NCBI GenBank assembly: GCA_903861205.1
Contig: CAIOTC010000020.1
Coordinates: 133,273-197,272 of the forward strand
DNA length: 64,000 nt
Direction of reading: 5' to 3'
Origin: an uncultured bacterium
Lineage (GTDB): Bacteria > Patescibacteriota > Minisyncoccia > Phycocordibacterales > DATDWN01
Positions 9,472 through 19,584 of the stretch are shown here, in pieces (positions within the stretch are counted from its first letter, which is position 1; every line of letters starts with the position of its first letter). The position numbers and the translations under genes were made by a program. A model generated the notes under the pieces. That model did not search any database, was not told the DNA's origin, and saw only the letters and a program-made list of their open reading frames with translations.

Positions 9472-12417
9472 CTAAACTATCACAAAGTTCAGCAACCTAT
9501 CCTGAATATGAATTGTTTTAACAATTTTTTTGCCGGACAGCCACTTATCCACATCCGGCATTTTCTGGGCCAAAGAAACCGCCTCGTCCTGCGTTTGGCC
9601 GGCCGGAACAGTCATTTGGGCTCGCACTTTGCCGTTTATTTGGACGACAAAAGATACTTCGCTTTCTTTCATTTTTTTCGGATCGGCCTTGGGCCATTTT
9701 TGCGCCGATAGAGATTTTTTATTACCAACAACCTGCCACAATTCCTCGGCAATATGCGGAGCAAACGGAGACAGAAGCAAAATCAATTTTTCGTATTGCT
9801 CGCGAGAAACTTTTTCCGCTTTTTCGAATTCATTAACCAAAATCATCATGGCACTAATAGCCGTGTTGAAATGCATCGTCTCGATATCGTCCGTAACTTT
9901 TTGGATTGTTTTGTGGAGTAGAGTTTCTGTCGTAGCTAACGCCTTATTTTTTTCATTGGCAAGGGTGCCCCTTGCCACTTTGAATTGCAGTCGCCACACG
10001 CGTTCCAAAAAGCGTCGCGATCCGGAAATGCTGTTCGTATCCCACGCGATGGCCTGATCAAACGGACCCATAAACATTTCGTAAACGCGCAAAGTATCGG
10101 CGCCGTACATTTTGACAATATCGTCCGGATTTATGACATTTCCGCGCGATTTTGACATTTTTTCGCCATTTTCAGCCAAAATCATGCCGTGCGAGGTGCG
10201 TTTTTGGTAAGGCTCCTTTGTCGGCACGAGTTTCTGATCATACAAAAATTTGTGCCAAAATCGCGAATAAAGCAGATGCAAAGTGGTGTGTTCCATGCCG
10301 CCGTTGTACCAATCAACAGGAGTAAAATATTTTAAATTTTTTGGATCAGCAAATTTTTTGCTATTTTTTGGATCGGCGTAGCGCAGGTAGTACCACGACG
10401 AACCGGCCCAGTTTGGCATTGTGTCCGTTTCTCGCCTGGCTTTGCCGCCACATTGCGGACATTTAGTATTAACCCACGATGAAATGTCAGCCAGCGGAGA
10501 CTCGCCAGTGTCAGTCGGTTTGTAATTTTTCACCTTTGGCAAAACAAGCGGCAAATCTTTTTCCGGAATAGCGATCCAGCCGGGGTTTGCAAGCTCACCT
10601 TCTGAAAATTCTGATTTTGAATTTTTATTGGAAATTGGAAATTGGAAATTGGAAATTCGTTTTTTGCAATTTTCGCAAAAAACGGTCGGTATCGGCTCGC
10701 CCCAATATCTCTGGCGCGAAAAAATCCAATCGCGCAGTTTGAAAGTTTCCACCCATTTTCCTCCGGCGAATTCGGTGATTTTCTTTTTTACATCTTCGCT
10801 AGACAATCCATTGAATTCTCCAGAATTTATCGAAACACCTTCATCGCAAAAAGCATGAACTGGATTATTAAATCGATCGTCCCAAATAAAAAATTCCGCG
10901 CATTTCAAATTTTTGTCTGATTTCAATTCCTGCCAGCTCATCCAAGCGACTTCGTGCTTATTTTTTTCATCTTCAGTCACAATGGCTCTTTTTTCACTAG
11001 CCAACTCGAAAACTATCGTGCTGAAATGTGCCTTTCTGTTTTCATCTTTATGCTCAGCGTAAAAATGACACTCCACCGGACCGCCGAGAGTTTTGATGTA
11101 TTTCAATTCGCTGTAACCTGTCTCCTCCAAAATTTCGCGTCGAGCAGCCTCAATTACGTCTTCACCTCCCTCAACTCCGCCGGTCACAAATGTCGTCCAT
11201 GGAAATTTTTTCCAGCGCAAAGTCAAAATCTTTTTTGTTTTTGGATCGATGATGATGGCGTGAATGGCATTTCTTTCGACGGTTTTTTTGTCCGCTCTCG
11301 GAAGTTCAGTTTGGTCAGTTACTTTTGGCACAATCACTTCGCGAATCGGCAAATTGTACTTTTGGGCAAATTCAAAATCGCGATCATCATGAGCCGGCAC
11401 GGCCATGACGGCACCCGTGCCATAGTCAGCCAAAACGTAGTCGGCAATGAAAATCGGAACCAGCTCACCATTGGCCGGATTTATTACCCTGATGCCTTTC
11501 ATTTCCACGCCGGTTTTTTCTTTCTTGTCATCCATCCTGTCAATGGCCGATTTGGTCGAAACGGATTTTATATAATTTTCGACTTCTTGTCTGTTTTTCA
11601 AAAATTCCAAAAGTTTGCCGACCATTTTGTGTTCGGGAGCCAGCACTATATATGTCACCCCAAAAAGCGTATCAGGGCGCGTGGTAAAAACTTTTATTTT
11701 ATCCTTTTGGCATTGGCAGAAAAAATCAATCTCGGCGCCTTCGCTTCGGCCGATCCAATTTCTCTGCTGCGTTTTTATTTGTGGCAAATAGTCGACGAGG
11801 TCGAGATCCTTGTCCAATCTGTCGGCGTATTTGGTGATAGCCAGCATCCACTGCTCCTTTTCGCGCTTTTCCACCGGCGTGCCGCACCTCTCGCAACAGC
11901 CACCCACCACCTCCTCGTTGGCCAAACCGATTTTATCTTTCGGACACCAATTAATCGACATTTTCTTTTTGTAAGCCAAACCATTTTTGAACATCTGCAG
12001 AAAAATCCACTGCGTCCATTTGTAATATTTTGGGTCAGTCGTGTTTATTTCCCGCGACCAGTCAAAAGACATTCCCAATCCTTTAAATTGTTTTCTGAAA
12101 TTATCGGTATTCGTTTTTGTGACAATGGCTGGTTGAATCCCAGTTTTAATCGCATAATTTTCCGTCGGCAAACCGAAAGCATCCCAACCAATTGGAAAAA
12201 GAACATTAAAATCTTCCATCCTGCGTTTACGAGAGATAACATCCATTGCGGTATAACCGCGAACATGACCGGTGTGAAGTCCGTCACCGGACGGGTACGG
12301 AAATTCCATCAAAGAATAATACTTTTTGCCTTTGCTTTTGGCCTGGAAAGTTTTTTTTCTTTCCCATTCTTTTTGCCATTTTTTTTCAATAGATAGATGG
12401 TTGTACTCTTTTGGCAT
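9472..12417 (-). CDS. leuS: leucine--tRNA ligase carrying an inserted Nudix-hydrolase domain (residues approx. 378-500)
   Basis: HTGHVRGYT (HIGH), TTRPDT editing motif, KMSKS; Nudix box GGVEGGEDVIEAARREILEETGY in the insertion. Confidence 0.93.
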   Translation of the reverse strand: MPKEYNHLSIEKKWQKEWERKKTFQAKSKGKKYYSLMEFPYPSGDGLHTGHVRGYTAMDVISRKRRMEDFNVLFPIGWDAFGLPTENYAIKTGIQPAIVTKTNTDNFRKQFKGLGMSFDWSREINTTDPKYYKWTQWIFLQMFKNGLAYKKKMSINWCPKDKIGLANEEVVGGCCERCGTPVEKREKEQWMLAITKYADRLDKDLDLVDYLPQIKTQQRNWIGRSEGAEIDFFCQCQKDKIKVFTTRPDTLFGVTYIVLAPEHKMVGKLLEFLKNRQEVENYIKSVSTKSAIDRMDDKKEKTGVEMKGIRVINPANGELVPIFIADYVLADYGTGAVMAVPAHDDRDFEFAQKYNLPIREVIVPKVTDQTELPRADKKTVERNAIHAIIIDPKTKKILTLRWKKFPWTTFVTGGVEGGEDVIEAARREILEETGYSELKYIKTLGGPVECHFYAEHKDENRKAHFSTIVFELASEKRAIVTEDEKNKHEVAWMSWQELKSDKNLKCAEFFIWDDRFNNPVHAFCDEGVSINSGEFNGLSSEDVKKKITEFAGGKWVETFKLRDWIFSRQRYWGEPIPTVFCENCKKRISNFQFPISNKNSKSEFSEGELANPGWIAIPEKDLPLVLPKVKNYKPTDTGESPLADISSWVNTKCPQCGGKARRETDTMPNWAGSSWYYLRYADPKNSKKFADPKNLKYFTPVDWYNGGMEHTTLHLLYSRFWHKFLYDQKLVPTKEPYQKRTSHGMILAENGEKMSKSRGNVINPDDIVKMYGADTLRVYEMFMGPFDQAIAWDTNSISGSRRFLERVWRLQFKVARGTLANEKNKALATTETLLHKTIQKVTDDIETMHFNTAISAMMILVNEFEKAEKVSREQYEKLILLLSPFAPHIAEELWQVVGNKKSLSAQKWPKADPKKMKESEVSFVVQINGKVRAQMTVPAGQTQDEAVSLAQKMPDVDKWLSGKKIVKTIHIQDRLLNFVIV
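9957..9979 (-). repeat. in-frame palindromic mini-insert GTGGCAAGGGGCACCCTTGCCA inside leuS (encodes KVARGTLAN)
   Basis: Identical 23-24 nt shared with cysS and recR; perfect 10-bp stem with a 3-nt loop. Confidence 0.75.
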
Positions 12418-12442
12418 TACATTATTCTACACGAAAAATCAT

Positions 12443-13375
12443 CTATTGCAATGGCACCATCGGTACATTTTTATATTGCGAAACTGGAATCGATTCGTCG
12501 AAACAATAATGTCCGGCCGGATGCGCCCACGTATCTCCATTCATGTATGGATATGTCTGAACTTGAACACCGGCGTCTTTCGAATCTTTGTTGAACGTCG
12601 CGCACAACTGATAAGCCTTAGCGCTCTGGCCGATCAAAACGTATTCGTATGGCTTTTGGGTTTGAGAATCAACCGGAATCGAAGAATAATTTACTCCCGA
12701 CAAATCGGAAATTTTATCCGGCAAAGTTCCTTTTGTTTGATAATAATTTTGCACTTGATAATTTATATTTTGCAAATCGGAAACTTTCTGGCTGTCGTAT
12801 TTTATGAGTTGTTGTGAGCGAGGAGAACCAATAATGGCAAATCCCCAAACAATAGAAGCGAGAAGCAAACAAACAGCGCCAACCAACCAAGCTTTTCGCG
12901 ACATCGATGTCAGTTTGTTGCGAATGTCAGAAATATAGAACATGAAAACCATCAAGATGACGACAAAAACAGCCAAAATTTTCATGAGAAAACCGGCGGT
13001 TAATTCCTGGCCATCAAGGAAATAATACAGAACCGTTACCAAATCGCCCGCTAACGTCAATCCGGCGATGAAAAGTGTAATGTAAGTCAGCCAGCGTCGC
13101 ACGCCGAGATTTTTCTTTTCCGGTGCGGTGACATAATCCCTTTCGAGAAGCCACATAAGTAATACGTAAATCGGGAAGAAAATAATGAGCGTAGACAGCG
13201 GAAAACTGATTGAGGCGCTACTACCGTAATAATAAGTGGTGATTTGCGGATAAGCGACATTGATGACAGTGAAAAGCAAATTGAGCAAGGCAATGACTGA
13301 CGTGAATAACGCGACAATGGCGCCAAGATTCAAAAAGAAATCTTTGGCCGATGTTTTTTGTGTTTGTGGTTCCAT
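12443..13375 (-). CDS. hypothetical polytopic membrane protein
   Basis: Multiple hydrophobic helices; probable start MEPQTQK. Confidence 0.5.
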   Translation of the reverse strand: MEPQTQKTSAKDFFLNLGAIVALFTSVIALLNLLFTVINVAYPQITTYYYGSSASISFPLSTLIIFFPIYVLLMWLLERDYVTAPEKKNLGVRRWLTYITLFIAGLTLAGDLVTVLYYFLDGQELTAGFLMKILAVFVVILMVFMFYISDIRNKLTSMSRKAWLVGAVCLLLASIVWGFAIIGSPRSQQLIKYDSQKVSDLQNINYQVQNYYQTKGTLPDKISDLSGVNYSSIPVDSQTQKPYEYVLIGQSAKAYQLCATFNKDSKDAGVQVQTYPYMNGDTWAHPAGHYCFDESIPVSQYKNVPMVPLQ

Positions 13376-13408
13376 AGAATAATAGTTAATTTGTAATAGA
13401 TGTATTAT

Positions 13409-13527
13409 AACACAAAACAAAAACAAACATAATTTTGGAGCACGGATATTTTTCTGCTGAAAAATTCCTCAAGCCTCCGCCCGCCGGCGTCCGGAGTCTC
13501 CAAAATTATGTTTGTTTTTGTTTTGTT
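13409..13527 (+). repeat. family-B element, copy 2 (divergent core, 30-bp perfect stem)
   Basis: Stem aacacaaaacaaaaacaaacataattttggag / ctccaaaattatgtttgtttttgttttgtt; loop keeps ATTTTTCTGCTGAAAAATT. Confidence 0.55.
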
Positions 13528-13528
13528 A

Positions 13529-14566
13529 TCAAATTCTAAACTCCACAACATCACCATCCTTGACCACATACTCCTTCCCTTCCGTTCTCACAAGCCCTTT
13601 TTCGCGGGCCTTCGCGTAGGAGCCGGCAGAGAGCAGTTTGTCCCATTCGATCACTTCGGCACGAATAAATTTGTCGCGGAAGTCGGTGTGAATGGCCATG
13701 CCAGCCACGGGCGCAGTGCTATCGCGAACAATCGTCCAAGCGCGCGACTCGTCCTCACCGGTCGTGAAATATGTCATCAGGTTCAAAGTCTCGTACGCTT
13801 TTTTGATAAGATCGTCAAAACCTTTTTCAAAAATCGGATCAACTTCGACGTACGGCCCGGGAATTCCCGCCTCGTCGGTGGGCAAATTTTCTTTCACTTC
13901 GGTCAAGTTTTTGGCCGCTGCTTCTGAAGCGTTGAGCACATACAAAATTGGCTTCATGCTCAAAAGTTGCAAAAGTTTTACGTATTCGATTTCCTTTTCG
14001 TCCAAACTAGCAAGAACTGTTCTTGCTAGTTTACTGTCCTCTAAAACTTTTTGGATTTTGGCCAGTGCCTCACCCTCTTCGACCGCTTCTTTTTTGTGAG
14101 ATTTGATATCCTTTTGCAGACCGGCGCGGCGTTTTTCCACCGTCTGCAAGTCCGCTAAAATAAGTTCAAGGTTTATGACCTCAATATCGGAGAGCGGATC
14201 GATTTTATTGTGCACGTGAATGATATCTTTGTCCTCGAAAATCCGCACCACCTCAGCGATGGCATCCACCTCACGAATATTCTGCAAAAATTTATTGCCG
14301 AGCCCCTCACCCATCGATGCGCCCTTGACCAGCCCCGCGATGTCGACAAACTCCACCACGGCCGGAATGGTTTTGGCCGACTTGCTGAACTCCGACAATT
14401 TCCACAGTCGATCGTCCGGCACCGGCACAATCCCGACCGACGGATCAATCGTGCAAAAAGGATAATTCTCCGCCGGCACGGCTTTTTTTGTCAGCGCATT
14501 AAAGAGCGTCGACTTGCCGACGTTCGGGAGGCCCACGATTCCTATACTTAGAGCGGAAGACGTCAT
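13529..14566 (-). CDS. ychF: ribosome-binding ATPase YchF (Obg-like)
   Basis: GIVGLPNVGKSTLFNALT G1 motif; TGS-like C-terminus DGDVVEFRI. Confidence 0.92.
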   Translation of the reverse strand: MTSSALSIGIVGLPNVGKSTLFNALTKKAVPAENYPFCTIDPSVGIVPVPDDRLWKLSEFSKSAKTIPAVVEFVDIAGLVKGASMGEGLGNKFLQNIREVDAIAEVVRIFEDKDIIHVHNKIDPLSDIEVINLELILADLQTVEKRRAGLQKDIKSHKKEAVEEGEALAKIQKVLEDSKLARTVLASLDEKEIEYVKLLQLLSMKPILYVLNASEAAAKNLTEVKENLPTDEAGIPGPYVEVDPIFEKGFDDLIKKAYETLNLMTYFTTGEDESRAWTIVRDSTAPVAGMAIHTDFRDKFIRAEVIEWDKLLSAGSYAKAREKGLVRTEGKEYVVKDGDVVEFRI

Positions 14567-16259
14567 TGTTTTTGTTTAAATTATCGTGTTGTGTAGCGTC
14601 CGAGCCATAGCTATATTCAGGACAGAAGAAGACATAAATTTCGCTTAGATTTATTAGACCGTACACTTGCAAGTCATTGGTGCCAGCCAGCACTTTGTTA
14701 ATAACTTGTCTAATAATGGCCTGTTTTGCTTTAAAATTCAAGCCCTTGAGTTTTTGTAATGCTTCCCCTGCAAACATTTTAACCTCGTCTTCGTTCGGTA
14801 ACAGCACATCATCCTTTGTTACGGCTTCCAAATGAGCTTTGTTTATTTGATCTTCAAATGAACGAATTTTTTCTCGCAAGGGTTTTACATATTCTTCAAA
14901 CTTCTCAAGTGTGATAACTTCCTGAGCATATGCTTTGGCAAAGCGGTCCTCTTGCGATCGCAATTTTACGATTTCTTTTTGCGTCAGATCGGTATCAATT
15001 GACATTTTGTTCAGCACATTATTTCCGCGAGTATTTTTCCATCGCTCGATTTGCTCAAGCAGCAAAGTCGGTGAACTCATAACCTCTTTCATTCTTTCCC
15101 ATACAGCCTCGTCGGCAATTCTGGCGTTGATTCCTGGTTGTTTGCATGTCGGAGGAAATGGAAATGTATGGACACGATTGGTGCATCTGTAATAGAGGTG
15201 TTTGCCTTTCTGCACACCTTCCCCTGCCCTTCTGCCACCACAGACACACCAAATCATGCCAGCCAAGAGATATTCGTTTACTTTGTTTCTGCCAAGAGTC
15301 TCAAAATTCTTTTTCAATCGCAATCCAGCCCGTATAAACAAATCTTTGTCTTCGATAATCGCAGGGACTGTTATCGGGTACCATTCAGTTTTTGGTCTCA
15401 TTTTCCTGCTAGTCTTTTTTATTTTCCTGTACTTTTCAAATTTTTTCGGATTTTCTGGAACTACCGCATATGATGCTCCCCAGTATGTCGTGCCGATAAA
15501 AACCTCGTGTCTTAACAATGTGCTGAGAGTGCTTGTACTCCAAACACCTTTAAGACTTTTTCTTGGTTTTATACCAGTTTTTTGCAACTCTCTGACAACA
15601 CCCCTGACAGTCAATCCATCATCAGCAACCATTTTAAATATATTCTTTATAACATTCGCTTCATATTCGTTGATTTCGTAATGACCGACAACATACTCTG
15701 GAGTTCCGCGTTTTCCTTTGTTTGGAATGTAGTTATAGCCGTATGGAGCTTCGCTGGTCAGGACATGGCCATTTTTAACTCTGCTAATTTTTCCTAATCG
15801 AAATCTTTCTTTGATCTTCATGCGTTCATACTCAGCAAAAACACCTCTCATTTTATACATGATGACATCCTCGTCATTTTTTGGTGGAGGTATAGTAACA
15901 AAAAGTACAGGAATCTCCAGCTCCGATAATTCTTCTATTATCAGTTCTTGCCAAGCACCTCGTCTTGCTAATCGATCTGGGTCATAGGTAAGCACGGCAT
16001 CCCAAATTCTCTTTTTTGCATCAATTCGTAACTGATCAAGATCTGGCCGATACAGTATGTCCCCGCTCCATCCCTCGTCTTTGTATGTTTTAACAATTTC
16101 AAAACCGTGTTCTTTGGCATAAGAATTTACTTCTGCTAGTTGGACCTCAATTGTCTGTTGGTCCTCCTGATTTGAGGTTGAGACCCTTGCATACAAGGCT
16201 ACGAATTTGATGTTTTTTTGTGTTAATTCAATCATGGTTTTGTTGTTATATTTTAGCAA
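14499..16259 (-). CDS. large serine recombinase / integrase (resolvase domain + recombinase domain + zinc ribbon); C-terminus overlaps the ychF 5' end by about 68 nt
   Basis: ALYARVSTSNQ catalytic Ser motif; CVCGGRR...YYRCTNR zinc ribbon; long coiled-coil C-terminus. Confidence 0.85.
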   Translation of the reverse strand: MLKYNNKTMIELTQKNIKFVALYARVSTSNQEDQQTIEVQLAEVNSYAKEHGFEIVKTYKDEGWSGDILYRPDLDQLRIDAKKRIWDAVLTYDPDRLARRGAWQELIIEELSELEIPVLFVTIPPPKNDEDVIMYKMRGVFAEYERMKIKERFRLGKISRVKNGHVLTSEAPYGYNYIPNKGKRGTPEYVVGHYEINEYEANVIKNIFKMVADDGLTVRGVVRELQKTGIKPRKSLKGVWSTSTLSTLLRHEVFIGTTYWGASYAVVPENPKKFEKYRKIKKTSRKMRPKTEWYPITVPAIIEDKDLFIRAGLRLKKNFETLGRNKVNEYLLAGMIWCVCGGRRAGEGVQKGKHLYYRCTNRVHTFPFPPTCKQPGINARIADEAVWERMKEVMSSPTLLLEQIERWKNTRGNNVLNKMSIDTDLTQKEIVKLRSQEDRFAKAYAQEVITLEKFEEYVKPLREKIRSFEDQINKAHLEAVTKDDVLLPNEDEVKMFAGEALQKLKGLNFKAKQAIIRQVINKVLAGTNDLQVYGLINLSEIYVFFCPEYSYGSDATQHDNLNKNNDVFRSKYRNRGPPERRQVDAL

Positions 16260-16265
16260 ATAATT

Positions 16266-16481
16266 TTAAATATTGTCTTGTCGACTTATACCCCTATCCT
16301 TCAGCACCTCCTCGAACAGAATGTCAAAAGCGTTATTAATTCGCTCTTCCACATTGTCATCCTCCATCCAATATGTCACATGCAATCCTTGGACCACGGC
16401 AGAATCAAAAGTTACTTTGTCTTTTGCATTTAGCAAATCAACACAGAACACTTCCAACACCTCATTTTCTAAATTACTCAT
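16266..16481 (-). CDS. small acidic hypothetical protein (possible recombination directionality factor)
   Basis: 71-aa ORF immediately upstream of the recombinase. Confidence 0.3.
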   Translation of the reverse strand: MSNLENEVLEVFCVDLLNAKDKVTFDSAVVQGLHVTYWMEDDNVEERINNAFDILFEEVLKDRGISRQDNI

Positions 16482-16559
16482 ATTTTTTTGGTTATTCGCA
16501 GAGTGATTCCTGCCCGCCCGTCGAAAATCAGACGGACAGAGTCACCCCGCGATGGTTTT

Positions 16560-17420
16560 TTAATTTCGGTTGGACTGCCGAGTGTTCCAACTGTCAATGA
16601 ATTCGGCGATTTCGGCGTTGTCCTTCTCCCACCTCGACATCTGGTTTAGGAACAGGTCCATGTCCAGTTTTCGACGGATGGCTTCTTCCAGCCTTTCCGA
16701 TATAATGTTTGGTGGCAGGGCGTCGAGTTCGTACGCGTTTTCAAAGCCGTACCTCTCGACATACTGGCGGGTCCTCGGATCCTTCGGTTTTACTGGATTT
16801 GGCAGCAAATCGTAGTCTGTGATGTCCTCGAAGGTCAGCAGGACTCTTTGAACCTCGACTTCCACATGGAAAACTTCTTCCATCTTGGTTTTGATGTCCC
16901 GTTCAATGTCTAGCCCAGAAGGATCAAAGTCGCCCATGTAGAGAATCACACCTGGCTTGTCCTGCTCCCGTATCCGTTCGGCGGCGTCATACAGAGCCGA
17001 ACTGCTTCGGTAGCCACCGCCAGCCAGCAATGGCACATCGTATTTGTTGATAATATGGCTAATTGCAACGGCTTTTTCGCACCACACTTCCGTATAGTTC
17101 GGTTGTCCTTGCTGTAGGCTTCGTTTGTACGACTGGCCGACAGTCACGAAAAATGACTTTGGGCTTGTCCATGATGGTGTTTTCTCGGGTTGTCGCCTGA
17201 GGTCGATTATACTTTCCCAGGAGACCATTCCTCGCTCGCGAAGCCTCGAAAGCTTGCCCGAGAGGTTAGTGTAGACATTCCTGGCGTTCTTCAGTCCGAT
17301 GGAAACCAGCCGATAGTAGACTTGTCTCAATGTCAGCGGAACGTTGTATTCCGCCAGGATTTTGTTAACTTTTTCCGCCAAATCAACGTTTTTGAACGGA
17401 AATTTATATCGAATTGTCAT
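16560..17420 (-). CDS. stand-alone topoisomerase VI subunit A / Spo11-like protein ('Mini-A'-type)
   Basis: 5Y-CAP motif TLRQVYYRL; Toprim VWCEKAV and MGDFDPSGLDI (DxD). Confidence 0.65.
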   Translation of the reverse strand: MTIRYKFPFKNVDLAEKVNKILAEYNVPLTLRQVYYRLVSIGLKNARNVYTNLSGKLSRLRERGMVSWESIIDLRRQPEKTPSWTSPKSFFVTVGQSYKRSLQQGQPNYTEVWCEKAVAISHIINKYDVPLLAGGGYRSSSALYDAAERIREQDKPGVILYMGDFDPSGLDIERDIKTKMEEVFHVEVEVQRVLLTFEDITDYDLLPNPVKPKDPRTRQYVERYGFENAYELDALPPNIISERLEEAIRRKLDMDLFLNQMSRWEKDNAEIAEFIDSWNTRQSNRN

Positions 17421-17708
17421 AATAGTTTGCAAATTAATGATAATTTTGCGGTCCGTCGCCGCCGATCCAGACTTGTCCAGTTTTTGAAAAAGCAAAAACC
17501 CCATCTATTACGCGGTAGGAATATCCACAGACCTACCACGCAAGAGATGGGGTTCATTGTGGATATTTCCAAAAAAATAGAGAACAATCGCTATTTTGGG
17601 CGTTTTTCGACTAAAATGGTGCCAAAAGTTGCTTTTCCAAAAGAGAACGGTCCGAAGCAGTTTCAGACCTGACCAACACCGAAATAGTTAATATTCATAC
17701 TTGTCATC

Positions 17709-17724
17709 GATTATACTACAGTCC
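17709..17724 (-). promoter_or_regulatory. element-specific promoter motif GGGACTgTAGTATAAT (copy 1), about 290 nt upstream of the Mini-A gene
   Basis: Conserved 16-mer containing a TATAAT -10 box. Confidence 0.45.
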
Positions 17725-17755
17725 CAAAACACTCTCCTAACCAGCTGATTAAGGA

Positions 17756-18130
17756 TTATTTTTCTGAATTTCTGGCCTGAATGTTCGCCAGTTCTTCATA
17801 ACCGAATTTTTCTCGGCATCCGTCGCAGACATTTCGAAGTTCGTCCGTCTGCTTTATTCCCTGTTTGAATAATCCTCGCCAGAAGTGATCAAAACAAAAT
17901 TTTTCTCCACATTCCCAACATTTGGCCAGCGGATTAAGGTAGCTTTGCCTGCTCTTGCATTTTGCACATCGAGAACGCGGTATAGATGCCAGTCTTTGCC
18001 TCTCGCTGACGGTCATTTTCGTTAATACATTTGTCATATGAGTAAAGTTAACTAATTGATAATCTGATTTGAAAATGTTTGTCGGCGGAACGATTTTTTT
18101 AATCAAACTGTCCGCCAACACGATTTTCAT
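17756..18130 (-). CDS. small zinc-ribbon protein (hypothetical)
   Basis: CAKCKS...CWECGEKFC and CDGC Cys pairs. Confidence 0.35.
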   Translation of the reverse strand: MKIVLADSLIKKIVPPTNIFKSDYQLVNFTHMTNVLTKMTVSERQRLASIPRSRCAKCKSRQSYLNPLAKCWECGEKFCFDHFWRGLFKQGIKQTDELRNVCDGCREKFGYEELANIQARNSEK

Positions 18131-18871
18131 AATTTCATTTCATATTTTTCATATTCATTTCCATAGGACGAGCCCCCCTTTCCAGAAAAAAGCTGGAAGT
18201 GGTTATTTTTTCCACGAGATGCCAAACTAGAAAGAAGAGACGCCAAACACGTATGTCGGCTGATTACATTCACATTTGTGCAACCAACACACCTATTGAG
18301 TTCAAAATAGAAATTCTGTGTCCAGCTGGTTGCTTTCACACAATTCCTTTGTTCTTCGTTTTCAAGCAACATCGTTTTATAAATCAAACTCCCATCAACT
18401 CAGTTTCGCATCACTGATCCTTTCCAGCTGTAGTCAAAATCTTGAAAGCGAAGGCACCATTGAAGGTGGACGAAACTTTCAGAAAACCCACTACAAATCC
18501 CGTGTGAAAGCAACGGGCACTTTAACGAAATAGTTGGTCACTTAAATCCCTCACTCTTTAGACTGCCTGGCAGCTTGGGCGACTCGTCGGGGCTCGCTGT
18601 TCCCCAGGCTTTCGCAAGAATGAACGATTCAAATGCTTATGCCATAATTGGCATTTCTTCGATGTTTCAAAGCCACGCTGTTTCTACTGACTTATCCCCA
18701 CCATTTGCAGGACTTTTGATATGGTTGTCCTGATCCATATTTTGAGTTTGAATTGTAAAAAACACATCCACTAAGTCAGCCGAGAAAGCCAACTTTTTTC
18801 TATATAATAGTTAAATATTCATATTTATGGCTTAAACATTGCCTTTTTAGCAAGTTTTACCATTTGGTTTT

Positions 18872-18887
18872 AATTATACTAAAGTCC
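18872..18887 (-). promoter_or_regulatory. promoter motif GGGACTTTAGTATAAT (copy 2), facing a 740-nt ORF-free region
   Basis: Identical 16-mer. Confidence 0.45.
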
Positions 18888-19016
18888 CAAATACTTCTCC
18901 TAATTTTCAGCCAAGCCTGTGGAATTTCAATCCGTGGGAAAGCTAACTGAGACCGATTCGGAGTTTTCCGAGTGATCAAAATAATTCAAAAAACACAAAA
19001 AATTTCAGAATTCGTC

Positions 19017-19577
19017 CTATTTTTCAGACATTCGAGTGATTATGGCCTCCAATGACCGAGCTTCTTCCACAACATCAGTCAAACCGATTTTCAAACAATT
19101 ATTCAGAAACTTTTCGTATCTTTTGGTGTAAACGCTCCGATACCAGATTCTCGAGGTCATTCTTTCTTGTTGGTAAATCAGTTTCAAAATCTTTTTGGCA
19201 CGAATTAAGACTTGTCCTTGTTTGGAATGAGGATTGAAGTTTTGATATTTAATTCCATGACAATTTTTGCAAAGAAAAATATGTCCGTCTGGTAAAAGAA
19301 AAAGCTTGTGGCATCGACAGTCACATTTGTTGCAATGAAAATATGTCCTATCTCCAAAATAGGTTTCCAAAGTTTCGGTTAGGATTTTTTGTGGTGTGTT
19401 TTCACCTACGACTACATTCAAGTAATAATCGTCACCAATCTTTTCATATTGATAATTAATGTCGTGTCGCTCGTAATCTCTGATAATGTTATCGCCAATT
19501 TTTCTTGGTCGAAACCAGCTATCATCAGTGCGTTTTGCTGTAAGGCAAAAACAATTTTCAATATATGGTCCAGTCAT
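19017..19577 (-). CDS. Cys-rich hypothetical protein (zinc-finger-like); start set at the Met 7 nt downstream of a TATAAT box
   Basis: CNKCDCRCHK...CKNCHG; upstream GGGACTTTAGTATAAT motif directly abuts the ATG. Confidence 0.45.
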   Translation of the reverse strand: MTGPYIENCFCLTAKRTDDSWFRPRKIGDNIIRDYERHDINYQYEKIGDDYYLNVVVGENTPQKILTETLETYFGDRTYFHCNKCDCRCHKLFLLPDGHIFLCKNCHGIKYQNFNPHSKQGQVLIRAKKILKLIYQQERMTSRIWYRSVYTKRYEKFLNNCLKIGLTDVVEEARSLEAIITRMSEK

Positions 19578-19584
19578 GCCTAAC

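Noticed and set aside
10954-12396. 480-aa plus-strand ORF
   Set aside because: Antisense to leuS. Phe/Ile/Lys-rich low-complexity translation typical of the reverse strand of an AT-rich gene.
16560-17504. Longer start (MGFLLFQK...) for the Mini-A gene
   Set aside because: The extension overlaps the structured leader region. The conserved winged-helix domain begins right after the internal Met at 17420.
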